From assembly GCA_041649835.1 (NCBI GenBank), contig JBAZML010000001.1:38722-102721 (forward strand): a DNA stretch of 64,000 nt. The letters run 5' to 3'. The stretch is from Candidatus Shapirobacteria bacterium (GTDB lineage: Bacteria; Patescibacteriota; Microgenomatia; UBA12405). Every line of letters starts with the position of its first letter. Position 1 is the stretch's first letter. The notes under the pieces were generated by a model. That model saw nothing but the letters and a program-made list of their open reading frames with translations, was not told the DNA's origin and ran no database searches. Both the position numbers and the translations under genes were made by a program. Shown piece after piece: positions 1 to 10,422 of this stretch.

Positions 1-1950
1 TCGTAATTTGTAGATAATTTGACGTTGTTTATTAATAACATCATCATATTCCACCAGTGATTTACGAATATCGAAATTATAACCTTCGACTTTGACTTGA
101 ATTTGTTCTAAAACACGGGAAACTAAGGGATGAGTTAAAGGAGTATCATCAGGCATATTGAACTTGGTCATGAGTCCCGAAATTTTTTCACCACCAAAGA
201 TACGCATTAAATCGTCGTCGAGAGCAACATAAAACTGGGAAAAACCAGGGTCTCCTTGACGACCGGAACGACCACGAAGCTGATTGTCAATCCGTCGAGA
301 TTCATGACGTTCAGTACCTATGACATATAAACCACCAAATGAAATTACTTCATCATGTTGTTCTTGCCATACTTCTGGGGTAAATTTATCACGAGGACCA
401 CCTAAAATAATATCAACACCACGACCTGCCATGTTAGTGGCTACAGTAACGGCACCCTTCATACCGGCTTTGGCAATTATTTCAGCCTCAGACTGATGAT
501 TTTTTGCATTTAGCATCTGGAAAGGAATCTTTTTATTCCGAAGCATTGAAGAGATTATTTCGTTTTTAGCAATACTGGTAGTACCTATTAATACCGGTTG
601 ACCAATTTTATGAAGTTCCTCTACCTTGGCGGCTATAGCCGCATATTTACTCCGCTGTGTTTTGAAAATTAAATCATTATCATCAGTTCTTTTAGTGTCA
701 CGATTGGTAGGAATGGTAATGACATCCAAATCGTATATTTTTTTGAATTCTTCTGCCTCGGTTGCGGCAGTACCAGTCATGCCTGCCAATTTATCATAGA
801 GTCTAAAATAATTTTGAAAGGTTATCGTAGCCCAGGTTTGAGACTCTTGTTGAACCTTAACGTTTTCCTTGGCCTCGACTGCCTGATGCAAGCCATCAGA
901 CCAACGCCGCCCCTGCATTAAACGGCCGGTAAATTCATCAACAATAATAATTTCGCCATCTTTTATAACATAATCTTTATCCTTGTGAAAAAGGGCCTCG
1001 GCCTTGATAGCATTCTCAATATAGTGAATAGTTTCAAAAGATTCTTCATATAAATTTCCGACACCTAAAACTTTTTCAACTTTACGAATACCAAATTCTG
1101 ACAAGGTAGCACTTTTTGATTTTTCATCGATTACATAGTCTGTAGGCTGTAAACCATCTGCAATTTGAGCAAATTTATAATATTTTTCGACGGGTTGATT
1201 ATTTGGGGATGAAATAATTAATGGAGTCCTGGCTTCATCAATTAAAACAAAGTCGACCTCATCAACAATGGCAAAATTATGATTTGGTCTTTGAACTTTT
1301 TGATTAAAATCCCCCACCATATGATCACGTAAATAATCGAAGCCAAATTCATTGTTAGTACCGTAAGTCACATCAGCTTGATATGCCTCACGACGGGAAA
1401 CAGGACGAAGATGGGCCAAACGATCATCAACTTTTTCGTTAGGATCAGTAAATTCTGGATCTAAAATAAAAGATTCTTCATGAATTATGGCTGAGGTAGT
1501 AATTCCAAGCATGTTTAAGGCCTTGGGGTACCAGCCGGCACCGACACGAGTCAGATAGTCATTTGGAGTAATAACATGAACTCCAAGCCCGGTAAGAGCA
1601 TTTAAATAAGCCGGGAAAAGAACTGAATGAGTTTTACCTTCTCCAGTTCGTTGTTCAGCTACAGATCCCTGATGGAGCGAGATAGCCGCCATCAACTGAA
1701 CGTCATAGGCACGTTCTCCAATAGTTCGAAAAATAGCTTCACGAACGACAGCATATGCCTCCGGCAATAAATCGTCTAATTTGGCGCCATTTTTAATTTT
1801 CTCTTTGAATTCGGTGGTCTTGGCTGACAATTGTTTGTCAGATAATTTCTTTATTTCAGGTTCGAGACTATTAATTTTAGTGACTAAGGGCTTATATCCG
1901 TTGATATGACGTCGATTATCGTCCATTAAGTTTTGAAGAAATTTGAACAT
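1..1950 (-). CDS. secA: Preprotein translocase ATPase SecA (3' end runs off the window)
   Basis: Manual translation from ATG at 1950 ([12 protein letters not shown]...): RTGEGKT Walker [51 protein letters not shown]. Confidence 0.96.
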   Translation of the reverse strand, partial: MFKFLQNLMDDNRRHINGYKPLVTKINSLEPEIKKLSDKQLSAKTTEFKEKIKNGAKLDDLLPEAYAVVREAIFRTIGERAYDVQLMAAISLHQGSVAEQRTGEGKTHSVLFPAYLNALTGLGVHVITPNDYLTRVGAGWYPKALNMLGITTSAIIHEESFILDPEFTDPNEKVDDRLAHLRPVSRREAYQADVTYGTNNEFGFDYLRDHMVGDFNQKVQRPNHNFAIVDEVDFVLIDEARTPLIISSPNNQPVEKYYKFAQIADGLQPTDYVIDEKSKSATLSEFGIRKVEKVLGVGNLYEESFETIHYIENAIKAEALFHKDKDYVIKDGEIIIVDEFTGRLMQGRRWSDGLHQAVEAKENVKVQQESQTWATITFQNYFRLYDKLAGMTGTAATEAEEFKKIYDLDVITIPTNRDTKRTDDNDLIFKTQRSKYAAIAAKVEELHKIGQPVLIGTTSIAKNEIISSMLRNKKIPFQMLNAKNHQSEAEIIAKAGMKGAVTVATNMAGRGVDIILGGPRDKFTPEVWQEQHDEVISFGGLYVIGTERHESRRIDNQLRGRSGRQGDPGFSQFYVALDDDLMRIFGGEKISGLMTKFNMPDDTPLTHPLVSRVLEQIQVKVEGYNFDIRKSLVEYDDVINKQRQIIYKLR

Positions 1951-1990
1951 CGATATATTTTACTATGAATAATGCTTTTTAATTGTCCAT

Positions 1991-2051
1991 AAAAAAGCAA
2001 ACCCCCCGGCATGGAATCGATAAATCGATTATACCGGGGTGGGTGGCTCCT
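1991..2051 (-). terminator. Long hairpin plus U-tract after serS (likely intrinsic terminator)
   Basis: Minus strand CCCCGG-TAT-AATCGAT-tt-ATCGATT-cc-ATG-CCGGGG followed by TTTGCTTTTTT, directly after the serS stop. Confidence 0.7.
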
Positions 2052-3317
2052 CTACAATTTAGGGGAGATTACTTTGAACCCGGTAAGGGGCCAAAGAACC
2101 TCAGGGATGTTGATGCTACCGTCTTTGGTCTGGAAATTTTCCATAATTGCCAAGACAGCGCGATCAGTAATAACGGTAGCGTTTAGGATGTGGACCAATT
2201 GATTTTGGCCATTAATTTTTACTTTGGTATTCAAACGGCGGGCTTGATAATCACCACAGTTGCTGCACGAATGAGTTTCCCGATATTTGTTTTGTCCGGG
2301 GAACCAAGTATTGGTATCGTACATACGACGATTCGGTTGAGGTAAATCACCAGTACAAGCTTTGACAACCTGGTAGCTTAGACCAAAACTTTGGAGGATT
2401 TCTTCTTCTATGGCCAACATTTCAAGACACATAGCATCGGAAATTTTAAAATCCGGAAGGGTAAAAATATTCATTTCAACTTTGTTGAAAAAATGAACTC
2501 TGAATAGCCCTTTGGTATCTTTACCATAAGTACCAGATTCACGGCGAAAACAAGGAGAAAAATTAACATATTTTATCGGAAAAATACTTTCGGGTAATAC
2601 TTCATTGGAATGGTAAGGAACAACTGAATGTTCTGATGAACTTATAAAGATAAGATCATCTTCCTGACTACTATAAGCGGCATTAAATAAATTTTTGTTA
2701 CTGGTGTAGCCACAGCCCCATTCAGTTTTTGAACGAATCATGGCTGGAGGAATCATACCCTTGAAACCTTGGGAAATTAATTTATTGAAGGAGTAAAACA
2801 TGACTGCCATTTCGAGCACAGCACCTTGGTTTTTGAAATAACCAAAACGGGCACCGGAAAGTTCACCGGCTTTTTTGACATCGAGAATATCTAATTTTTC
2901 ACCAAGATCAATGTGGTCTAAAGGTTCAAAATCAAATTCAGGTTTTTTACCAACTGTCTTCATAACCACATTATCAGAATCGTCTTTACCGACCGGAACA
3001 TCGTCAGCGGGAATGTTGGGAATTTCTTCCAAAACAGTATTTAAATTATTTTCGGCGGTATTTAATTTTTCTTCAAGAGTTTTAAGTTGTTCTTTTAAAT
3101 CTTTGCCGGCAGCGATTTGTTCATCACTGGGTTTACCTTTAATGGATTTGGAAATTTGATTTTGTTGAGCACGAAGAGTTTCAACGTCACCTAAGACCTG
3201 GCGGTAAGCCTTGTCCAAATCAATCACTTTTGACAAAACAGAAACATCTTTCTGGCGGTTTTCTAGTGCCTTTTTTATCGCTTCGGGATTGTCTCTAAGG
3301 AGATTAATGTCTATCAT
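2052..3317 (-). CDS. serS: Seryl-tRNA synthetase
   Basis: N-terminal coiled coil, IPNIP..DVPVGKD, motif 2 FRRESG..G..RVHFFNKVE, ETHSCSNCGDYQARR. Confidence 0.97.
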   Translation of the reverse strand: MIDINLLRDNPEAIKKALENRQKDVSVLSKVIDLDKAYRQVLGDVETLRAQQNQISKSIKGKPSDEQIAAGKDLKEQLKTLEEKLNTAENNLNTVLEEIPNIPADDVPVGKDDSDNVVMKTVGKKPEFDFEPLDHIDLGEKLDILDVKKAGELSGARFGYFKNQGAVLEMAVMFYSFNKLISQGFKGMIPPAMIRSKTEWGCGYTSNKNLFNAAYSSQEDDLIFISSSEHSVVPYHSNEVLPESIFPIKYVNFSPCFRRESGTYGKDTKGLFRVHFFNKVEMNIFTLPDFKISDAMCLEMLAIEEEILQSFGLSYQVVKACTGDLPQPNRRMYDTNTWFPGQNKYRETHSCSNCGDYQARRLNTKVKINGQNQLVHILNATVITDRAVLAIMENFQTKDGSINIPEVLWPLTGFKVISPKL

Positions 3318-3572
3318 GAGATTGGGGATATTTTAGCACATATATTTTCATTTTTCTCCGCAATTTTATCCGTAACAATATGTATCATTCTGTATCTTAC
3401 ATATTCAATATGTCAGAGTAAATAAAAATTTTAACCTATTCTTAGGGTAAAATATTAGTATATATTTTTTATTTATAATTTATGAATATAGACTTATAGT
3501 TTAATTTCTGGGGATATTTTCCGCATGAAACTCACCTACTTTTCCTTAAAAATATGAGATAAAAAACTTTTT

Positions 3573-4160
3573 TTAGAGATTAATTTGATTAGAAATCCCT
3601 TGCATTGAGGTTAGACAAATTTCGATGAATTTTTCGAGGGGAATATTTATTTTGTCAGCGTCCTGACAAAGAATTACTTCATCGCGACGAGTACCGGCGG
3701 CAAATTTTGGTTCCTTCAAAAATCTTTTTAGAACCGAAGAAACTTTTACTTCAGCTAACTTTTTACTGGGATAAATTAAGGCGACAGCGGTAATAAGTCC
3801 GGTTAGAGAATCAGCACAACGAATAGACCACTCGGCTTTGTTTTTCGGAACAATACCAGTTTGATCGGCATGAGCTTTTACTAGGTGGTCGACTGTGTTG
3901 GAAATTTCCAAATGATATTTGGCTAAGACTTCACGAGTTTTGTTTGGGTGTTTATCCTTGGTATCACCGGCATAATCGATATCATGGACTAAACCCGCCA
4001 AGGTCCATTCTTCCCGAGCTGGCTCCCCTGCTTCTAATTGATTTTGAGATTTTAGGTAGTCGTAAATTCCCCCTAAACAAGCTTCGAGAGCAAGAGAGTG
4101 AAACAGAATGTTGGTTTCTAAATTTGATTTGACGGCTTCGTAATAGGGTTGTCTATCCAT
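3573..4160 (-). CDS. HD-domain phosphohydrolase (HDIG-like)
   Basis: HSL...GLVHDIDY, H...ADSLTGLI, FAAG..R; family often found next to lysS. Confidence 0.85.
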   Translation of the reverse strand: MDRQPYYEAVKSNLETNILFHSLALEACLGGIYDYLKSQNQLEAGEPAREEWTLAGLVHDIDYAGDTKDKHPNKTREVLAKYHLEISNTVDHLVKAHADQTGIVPKNKAEWSIRCADSLTGLITAVALIYPSKKLAEVKVSSVLKRFLKEPKFAAGTRRDEVILCQDADKINIPLEKFIEICLTSMQGISNQINL

Positions 4161-4163
4161 AAC

Positions 4164-5666
4164 TTATTTTAGATTGTACGTTTTTTTAGTTTCCTCACTA
4201 AGCTCAAATTTTACCTGAGGAAAAAGTGTCCCTTCGCGGGCGGTAATATCTTCTAAAAACCAAAATAGTCGTTCACTGAAACCAAAACCTGAAGTAGGTG
4301 GCATACCGTATTCCAACATTTCGACAAAATCGATATCCATCATTTGTGATTCTTCATCACCTTTTTCACGGTTTTTTTGTTGATCATTAAAACGCTCAAA
4401 CTGATCGACAGGATCATTTAATTCCGAATAGCCGTTTCCTAGTTCTGAACCAGCAATTATGCAATGAAAACGCTCAGTGAGCGTTTCATCATCGGCACGT
4501 GTTTTTGCCAAAGGCGAAGAAAATTTAGGTTCATCAACAACAAATATTGGCCCACTAATTTCCTGACGGACAATTTTCCAAAGATTATCAACAATCCGAC
4601 CCCGATTAGTTAAATCGGTAACATCAAGATGCTGTTCTTTTAATATTTTTAAAATTTTCTCTTCACTGTCATTTAAAATGTCAACGGAAAAACGTTTATT
4701 GATTAAATCACCGTAACTAATTCTTTCCCACTTATCAGCTAAATCAAAAGTGTGCTTGCCTTTGGTGAATTTTGTTTTACCATATATGTTTTTAGCTAAG
4801 TATTTGTACAAATCCTCAACTAAATCCATGTTTTTGGTGTAATCGGCGTAAGCCCAATACCACTCACCACTGTAATATTCTTGAAGATGTTCATCATCAA
4901 TACCTTCGTTTCTAAAATTTGGAGCTAAAGTATATATTTTTTCAAAACCACCACCGATTAATCTTTTTTGAAATAGTTCGGTGGAAATTCGCAAGTAGAA
5001 ATCCTGGTCTAAGGCATTGTGATGAGTCACAAAGGGTTTGGCGTCAGCACCTCCGGTAACTAATTCCAAAACCGGTGTTTCAACCTCAATAAAATTATGA
5101 TCATTTAAAAAATGTCGGGTTAATTGCCAGAATTTTGATTTACGAATAAATAAATCTTTGCGCTCAGGATTCATCACTAAATCAAGGTAGCGACGACGAA
5201 AAATAATTTCCGGATCAGTGAGACCACTCCATTTTTCCGGCAAGGATCGAATGGCTTTACATAACATTTTGATATCACCGGGAAAAACTGAAACCTCTCC
5301 TTTTATGGATTTGCTAACAACTCCATAAACCTCAATGAAATCACCAATATCAATCAATTTCAAATCAGTAACACCTATGGTTTGGGTACTGGCATCGGTG
5401 GCTGATAAATCGTCTTTTTTGATAAAAATTTGAAGTTTGCCAGACTGGTCTTGAATATGACAAAAAATTAAAGCACCATGTTCACGCCAAGAAATTACTC
5501 TTCCAGTAACATGAATTTTTTGATCTACTAGACTGTCGTATTTTTCTACAACATCAGCATTGGAATAATCTTTTTTACTTTGGGAAGGATAGGGATTAAT
5601 TCCTAACTGACGCAAAGTTTCGACTTTTTTCAATCTGATCCGTCTTATTTCGTCAAAAGTTGACAT
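4164..5666 (-). CDS. lysS: Lysyl-tRNA synthetase, class II
   Basis: OB-fold anticodon domain, RRRYLDL, YLRISTEL, FRNEG, YGMPPTSGFG. Confidence 0.97.
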   Translation of the reverse strand: MSTFDEIRRIRLKKVETLRQLGINPYPSQSKKDYSNADVVEKYDSLVDQKIHVTGRVISWREHGALIFCHIQDQSGKLQIFIKKDDLSATDASTQTIGVTDLKLIDIGDFIEVYGVVSKSIKGEVSVFPGDIKMLCKAIRSLPEKWSGLTDPEIIFRRRYLDLVMNPERKDLFIRKSKFWQLTRHFLNDHNFIEVETPVLELVTGGADAKPFVTHHNALDQDFYLRISTELFQKRLIGGGFEKIYTLAPNFRNEGIDDEHLQEYYSGEWYWAYADYTKNMDLVEDLYKYLAKNIYGKTKFTKGKHTFDLADKWERISYGDLINKRFSVDILNDSEEKILKILKEQHLDVTDLTNRGRIVDNLWKIVRQEISGPIFVVDEPKFSSPLAKTRADDETLTERFHCIIAGSELGNGYSELNDPVDQFERFNDQQKNREKGDEESQMMDIDFVEMLEYGMPPTSGFGFSERLFWFLEDITAREGTLFPQVKFELSEETKKTYNLK

Positions 5667-5677
5667 GACTTATTTTA

Positions 5678-6136
5678 TCAGGCAATAGCGACAATTTTGT
5701 AGGTTAATTTGCCGGCAGGAGCCTCAACATCAAATTCATCTTTAACTTTTTTACCAATCATGGCAATACCAAGTGGTGATTGAGATGAAATTTTATTGGC
5801 GGATGGATCAGCTTCAAATTCTCCAACTAGGTGGAAAACTCTTTCTGAATTACCGGATATCTTTATTTTTACTTTAGAACCAATTTGAACAATATCAGAA
5901 TTTCTGTTTTGAGTAATTATTTCAAAGTTTTCTAAAACTTCTTCGATTGAAGAAACTTTGGCATTAACAACTTCGAGTTCGGCTTTAAGCTGAGAAGCTA
6001 GGCTGTCTTCACCGGATTCATCGGGTTGGGCAACTTCTTCGATTTTGGCAATGAGTTGATCAGCACGATTGTTTAGATTGGCCAATTCACTAACTAACTG
6101 TTGGTGCCCTTCTTGGGTTAGTTGATTTTTTGTCAT
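5678..6136 (-). CDS. greA: GreA/GreB-family transcription factor (divergent tip)
   Basis: LT.EG..L..EL coiled coil, VQIGSKV, EADP..KIS..SPLG.A..GK, APAG. Confidence 0.88.
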   Translation of the reverse strand: MTKNQLTQEGHQQLVSELANLNNRADQLIAKIEEVAQPDESGEDSLASQLKAELEVVNAKVSSIEEVLENFEIITQNRNSDIVQIGSKVKIKISGNSERVFHLVGEFEADPSANKISSQSPLGIAMIGKKVKDEFDVEAPAGKLTYKIVAIA

Positions 6137-6225
6137 ATTGTTTAATTAATATATTCCGATAAATCGGAATTGTTTCTTTAAATAACATTTTTTATTTTTA
6201 TTAAGAAATGTTTACCAAAGAAACT

Positions 6226-6262
6226 AAAAAAAATCCCTCGATGCCTAAAGGCATAGGAGGAA
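6226..6262 (-). terminator. Intrinsic terminator inside the greA leader
   Basis: Minus strand CCTC-CT-ATGCC-ttta-GGCAT-C-GAGG then GATTTTTTTT. Confidence 0.65.
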
Positions 6263-6300
6263 ATAGTCTGTAACAAAGTAAGCTTATGTTACAGGTCCTT

Positions 6301-6329
6301 ATGGTAAACTAGATGATAAATTTTGTCAA
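6301..6329 (-). promoter_or_regulatory. Sigma70-type promoter for greA-lysS
   Basis: TTGACA-17 nt-TACCAT on the minus strand. Confidence 0.65.
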
Positions 6330-6335
6330 ATTAAA

Positions 6336-7034
6336 GTGCTAAATTTTTTTAGAGTAATTCCAAAAAGTCGCAAGGTTAGGATAAATAATTCAGCAGGATT
6401 AATTTTTTTTAATCCACCAAAATACCGAAAAATAATTTTTTATGTAGCCAATATGTTGTTTTTTGGGGCTATATTTTATGGTCTTTATTTATATAGTCCC
6501 TTATTATCGGCTATTTATAAGTATAAATATACAAAAACAGAGGAAATAATAATACCAATTATTACTAATACTGAAGAAAAAGTTATTGAAACTAACGAGT
6601 ATATTATTAATATTCCAAAAATTCTGGCAACAGCTCCGGTGATTGAAAATGTTTCCCCTTTTGATCAAGCCGAATATGATAGAGTTTTAAAAAATAATGT
6701 TGTTGCTCAGGCAAAAGGAACCAGTGTCCCGGGGAGTGGTAAAGGAAAATCAACATATATTTTTGCGCATTCGACTAATAACGCAATCGGAATGTTAAGA
6801 AATAACGCTGTGTTTTATTTATTGGGAGAACTTCAAAATGATGATTTTATTTATATAAATTATCACGGAAAAAATATTAAGTACCGGGTATTTGAAAAAA
6901 AAGTTGTCTCGCCGAAAGACTTGAATTATTTAAATTATCATGATGAGAATCGAGAAGTCTTAATACTTCAAACCTGTTGGCCGATAGGTACTGATTGGAA
7001 TCGATTGTTAATTTTGGCTGAATTAGTGATATGA
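6336..7034 (+). CDS. Sortase-family protein
   Basis: N-terminal TM, IFAHS..N.VF..L..L, LILQTCWPIGT...R catalytic His/Cys/Arg. Confidence 0.9.
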   Translation: MLNFFRVIPKSRKVRINNSAGLIFFNPPKYRKIIFYVANMLFFGAIFYGLYLYSPLLSAIYKYKYTKTEEIIIPIITNTEEKVIETNEYIINIPKILATAPVIENVSPFDQAEYDRVLKNNVVAQAKGTSVPGSGKGKSTYIFAHSTNNAIGMLRNNAVFYLLGELQNDDFIYINYHGKNIKYRVFEKKVVSPKDLNYLNYHDENREVLILQTCWPIGTDWNRLLILAELVI

Positions 7035-8479
7035 CATTAGACTTGTCTTTAGATAGAAAAGATCATGATTATTGGGAAGAACTTAGCGGTATTTTGGCAA
7101 AAAATAACTTTGATATAAAAAAAATAAAAAATGCTTATGAATTTGCGACAGAAGCCCATAAAAACCAGGTTAGAGAATCAGGGGAACCCTATATCTCACA
7201 TCCAGTGTGGATTGCAAAATTAATTGCTCAAATGGAGATTGGTGAAGCGGCGGTAATCGCTTCTTTATTGCATGATTGTGTCGAGGACACACCGGTAACA
7301 ATTGATGATATCGCGAGTAAGTTTGGTGATGAAATTGCTCTTTTGGTTTCAGGTCTGACTGAAGTAAAGAAAAAAACCAGTGGAATTGAAGTTCACCAAA
7401 CAAATGTGGAGGTTTTTAGACGTTTCTTGTTTTCCTCGGTTGATGATGTTCGAGTATTGATAATTCGTTTGGCCGACAAACTTCACAATGGATTAACAAT
7501 TGATGGTTTAAACCGCGAAAACCAAATTAAATATGCTAAAAGAGTTTTGGGAATATATGCACCTATTGCTGATTATGTTGGTTTACATTATTTCAAAAAA
7601 AGACTTGACGATATCGCTTTTAAAATTCTTTATCCAAAAGAGGCCGAGAATTTAGAAAAATTGTTGAAAGAACAGGAAAAAGATGAAATAAAAGCTTTAG
7701 CCATGGTAAGAACAGACATCGAACAAGTTTTAAAGATTAATAACATCAATAAGGTTGATGTACAGGGAAGAATTAAGAGTCTATACAGTACATATATTAA
7801 ACTAAAGAAGAAAGGTGAAGGAGGTGTTAAAGACCGGGTAGGAATCAGAATTTTAGCTAATTCAGTAGCAGATTGTTACAATATTTTGGGCTTACTTCAT
7901 GCCAGATACGAATACCTACCACATGAATTTGATGATTATATTTCCAGTCCAAAGCCCAACGGTTACCGATCAATTCAAACAACACTTAATTGGAAAGACA
8001 AAATAACTGTTGAAGTACAAATTAGAACATATGGAATGCATGAATTTAATGAATTTGGACCGGCATCACACATTGCTTATAAAATGAGCACTGATAACAA
8101 GGGCGGGGCGGGTTTCGAATGGGTTAGAGATTTAATTAATTGGCAAAAAGGTGATGGTAATGTCAATAATTATCGAATTAATGTATTGAGTAAATTTGTT
8201 TATGTTTTCACTCCAAAAGGTGACACCATTCAGCTACCGAAGGGGGCAACAGCCCTTGACTTCGCCTATAGAATCCATACGGATATCGGAGATCGTTGTG
8301 CCGGGGCTAAAATTAACAATAAAATGGTTAAAATCAGTCAGGAATTAAAAACCGGCGATATTATCGATATTTTAATCAATAAAAAAATAAACGTGAATAA
8401 AAATTGGTTGGATGTAGCAACAACAAGCTTTGCCAGAGAACATATCCGAAAAATGACACTTGAAACGTATAAAAATTAG
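7031..8479 (+). CDS. rel: RelA/SpoT (p)ppGpp synthetase/hydrolase (HD+SYNTH+TGS, short C-terminus)
   Basis: R.SGEPY..HP, LLHDCVED, RIKS, PKPNGYRS, EVQIRT, TGS VFTPKG..LDFAY.IHT. Confidence 0.92.
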   Translation: MTLDLSLDRKDHDYWEELSGILAKNNFDIKKIKNAYEFATEAHKNQVRESGEPYISHPVWIAKLIAQMEIGEAAVIASLLHDCVEDTPVTIDDIASKFGDEIALLVSGLTEVKKKTSGIEVHQTNVEVFRRFLFSSVDDVRVLIIRLADKLHNGLTIDGLNRENQIKYAKRVLGIYAPIADYVGLHYFKKRLDDIAFKILYPKEAENLEKLLKEQEKDEIKALAMVRTDIEQVLKINNINKVDVQGRIKSLYSTYIKLKKKGEGGVKDRVGIRILANSVADCYNILGLLHARYEYLPHEFDDYISSPKPNGYRSIQTTLNWKDKITVEVQIRTYGMHEFNEFGPASHIAYKMSTDNKGGAGFEWVRDLINWQKGDGNVNNYRINVLSKFVYVFTPKGDTIQLPKGATALDFAYRIHTDIGDRCAGAKINNKMVKISQELKTGDIIDILINKKINVNKNWLDVATTSFAREHIRKMTLETYKN

Positions 8480-9177
8480 ACTGATTTTTCCGGATAAAAT
8501 TTTGGATTGACTGAACTAAAGACATAGCGACAAAAGGTGGGAATATCTTTGTTCCAACCACGAGAAGAATGATAATTTGGACAATCATAAAAAAATTTAT
8601 ATTTTACTTTTGCTTGATTTAATTTAAAACTTATTAGTTGATCTTCGGGAAGAGTAGATTTTTCTAAAATAAAACCATTTATTTTCTTTAAGATGCTCCG
8701 ACGAAAGGCCATATTGGGACCAACGAGTAGTCTAAATCCCCTAATTATAGGAAAAAATACTCCACCAACAGGAAAAGCAATTCTCATTAATACTTTTGCA
8801 AAAATACCTCCATCCCATGAGAGCCAATTGCCGCCACAAGCCATAAGAGATTGGTCATCGAAATGAGCGGTTAAATTTTTCAGCCAGTCAACAGGGAAAC
8901 GAGCATCGGCATCTGTGCGAACAATAATGTCACCAGTGCTTTCACGCCAAGCTTTTTCAACGGTGGGAATAATTCCTTTTTGAGGTTGATGAATAATTCT
9001 CAGAGGTAAAACATTTTGGAACTTTTTAACAATTTTCACAGTGGAATCGGTAGAGGCATTGTCACATACAATAACTTCATCAGGGTGCAGGTTTTGTTTT
9101 GACAGGCTTATTAGACAATCTTCAATATATTTCTCTTCATTAAAACAAGGGATAATGACCGAAATTTTTAACTTCAT
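8476..9177 (-). CDS. Glycosyltransferase family 2
   Basis: SVIIPCFNEE, DNASTD, DAD motif. Confidence 0.92.
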   Translation of the reverse strand: MKLKISVIIPCFNEEKYIEDCLISLSKQNLHPDEVIVCDNASTDSTVKIVKKFQNVLPLRIIHQPQKGIIPTVEKAWRESTGDIIVRTDADARFPVDWLKNLTAHFDDQSLMACGGNWLSWDGGIFAKVLMRIAFPVGGVFFPIIRGFRLLVGPNMAFRRSILKKINGFILEKSTLPEDQLISFKLNQAKVKYKFFYDCPNYHSSRGWNKDIPTFCRYVFSSVNPKFYPEKSV

Positions 9178-9180
9178 AGG

Positions 9181-10422
9181 TTATTTTAAACTATTCTTCA
9201 TTAGTTCTTGACGATATTTATTGGCAAAACGATGTGCTTCATCGCGAAGCCTTTCCAACAAAAGTAGGGCTTGAGAGTTTTGAGGTAAATTAATTTCTAC
9301 CCAAGTATTCGAATTTCTAATAACAATAGTCTCAATTCTTTTAGCCAAACCAATGAGAGGTAAATCAGTAATTGAAGATATAGATGAAACTTGTGGCTTA
9401 CCACCATCGACAACAATTAAATCAGGAGTCCCCCATTCGGGGTGCTGGAGACGACGATAAATAACTTCTTTCATCATAAATTGATCATCAGGAGTGGCTT
9501 TGAAACGAATTCTAAATTTTCTATAGGCACTATTATCAAGTCCATCATTTTGCCATACAACCATTGAGCCAACAAAATATTTAGTACCCATTTGAGAAAT
9601 ATCGTAACATTCGATTCGATGAATATTTTTTATATTTAAATATGGTTTAAGGGTAGTTTCCAAGCTTTCGATGGCCTGACTCTGCTTGTCTTCCGGTAAG
9701 TTTATATCTGCATACATATTCTTCAAATTGTGCCACCCGGAAACAATATAGTCTAATGAGTCAATTTGGTTTTTTAAAATTAATGCCTTCTCAAAATTTT
9801 CAGACTTTGAAGCAAGTTTCATTTCTTTTTTTAAAGAAGAGAGAAGTGAATTAAAGTGACCATTCAGAATTTTTTTAATTTTTATTATATTTTGATGATA
9901 GGGTTTTGAATCCGGACTTAGACCTGGACAGAGACCTAGGTGACAAAAAAGGCAATCACCCTTGGGGTGAGTTTCTTTGCTCCTAAAAGGAAAAAGACGA
10001 CGGATAGTTTTTAAAAGAGATTTGACAGAAGTGGCATCTGGAAAAGGACCAAAAATATCAGCGTGTGATGGCAAATTACTGGAGTGTGCCGTAAAAACAA
10101 TAGGGATTTTTGATTTTGAAATACAGATGTATAAATATGATTTGTTATCCCTAAGTTGAGAATTATATTTGGGATGATATTTTTTAATTAGGGATGATTC
10201 CAAAATGAGAGCTTCAATTTCTGAACCGACGATTCGGGTTTCAATTGAATCGATTTGAGAAACCAGGGTCTTTGTTTTTGGACCAAGAGCATCATCGCGT
10301 TGAAAATATTGAGTAACTCTTTTTTTTAAATTAATGGCTTTGCCAACGTAAATTATTTCACCAATAGAATTGCGGTAGAGATAACATCCCGGATTTTCAG
10401 GAAGAATTTTTAGATCGATCAT
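9181..10422 (-). CDS. uvrC: Excinuclease ABC subunit C (short form)
   Basis: GIY-YIG domain (PGCY..IYVGKA), UVR motif, IECYDIS, DGGKPQ, RDEAHRFA. Confidence 0.93.
   Translation of the reverse strand: MIDLKILPENPGCYLYRNSIGEIIYVGKAINLKKRVTQYFQRDDALGPKTKTLVSQIDSIETRIVGSEIEALILESSLIKKYHPKYNSQLRDNKSYLYICISKSKIPIVFTAHSSNLPSHADIFGPFPDATSVKSLLKTIRRLFPFRSKETHPKGDCLFCHLGLCPGLSPDSKPYHQNIIKIKKILNGHFNSLLSSLKKEMKLASKSENFEKALILKNQIDSLDYIVSGWHNLKNMYADINLPEDKQSQAIESLETTLKPYLNIKNIHRIECYDISQMGTKYFVGSMVVWQNDGLDNSAYRKFRIRFKATPDDQFMMKEVIYRRLQHPEWGTPDLIVVDGGKPQVSSISSITDLPLIGLAKRIETIVIRNSNTWVEINLPQNSQALLLLERLRDEAHRFANKYRQELMKNSLK

Noticed and set aside
1991-2051. Hairpin as SRP RNA or another ncRNA
   Set aside because: Lacks the SRP GNRA loop and conserved internal-loop bases; position and U-tract fit a terminator
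1983-3159. Short plus-strand ORFs over serS and its terminator (and similar shadow ORFs throughout the track)
   Set aside because: They overlap well-supported genes on the other strand or frame and have no motifs
3318-3572. Possible replication origin in the AT-rich gap
   Set aside because: No cluster of TTATCCACA boxes and no dnaA/dnaN nearby
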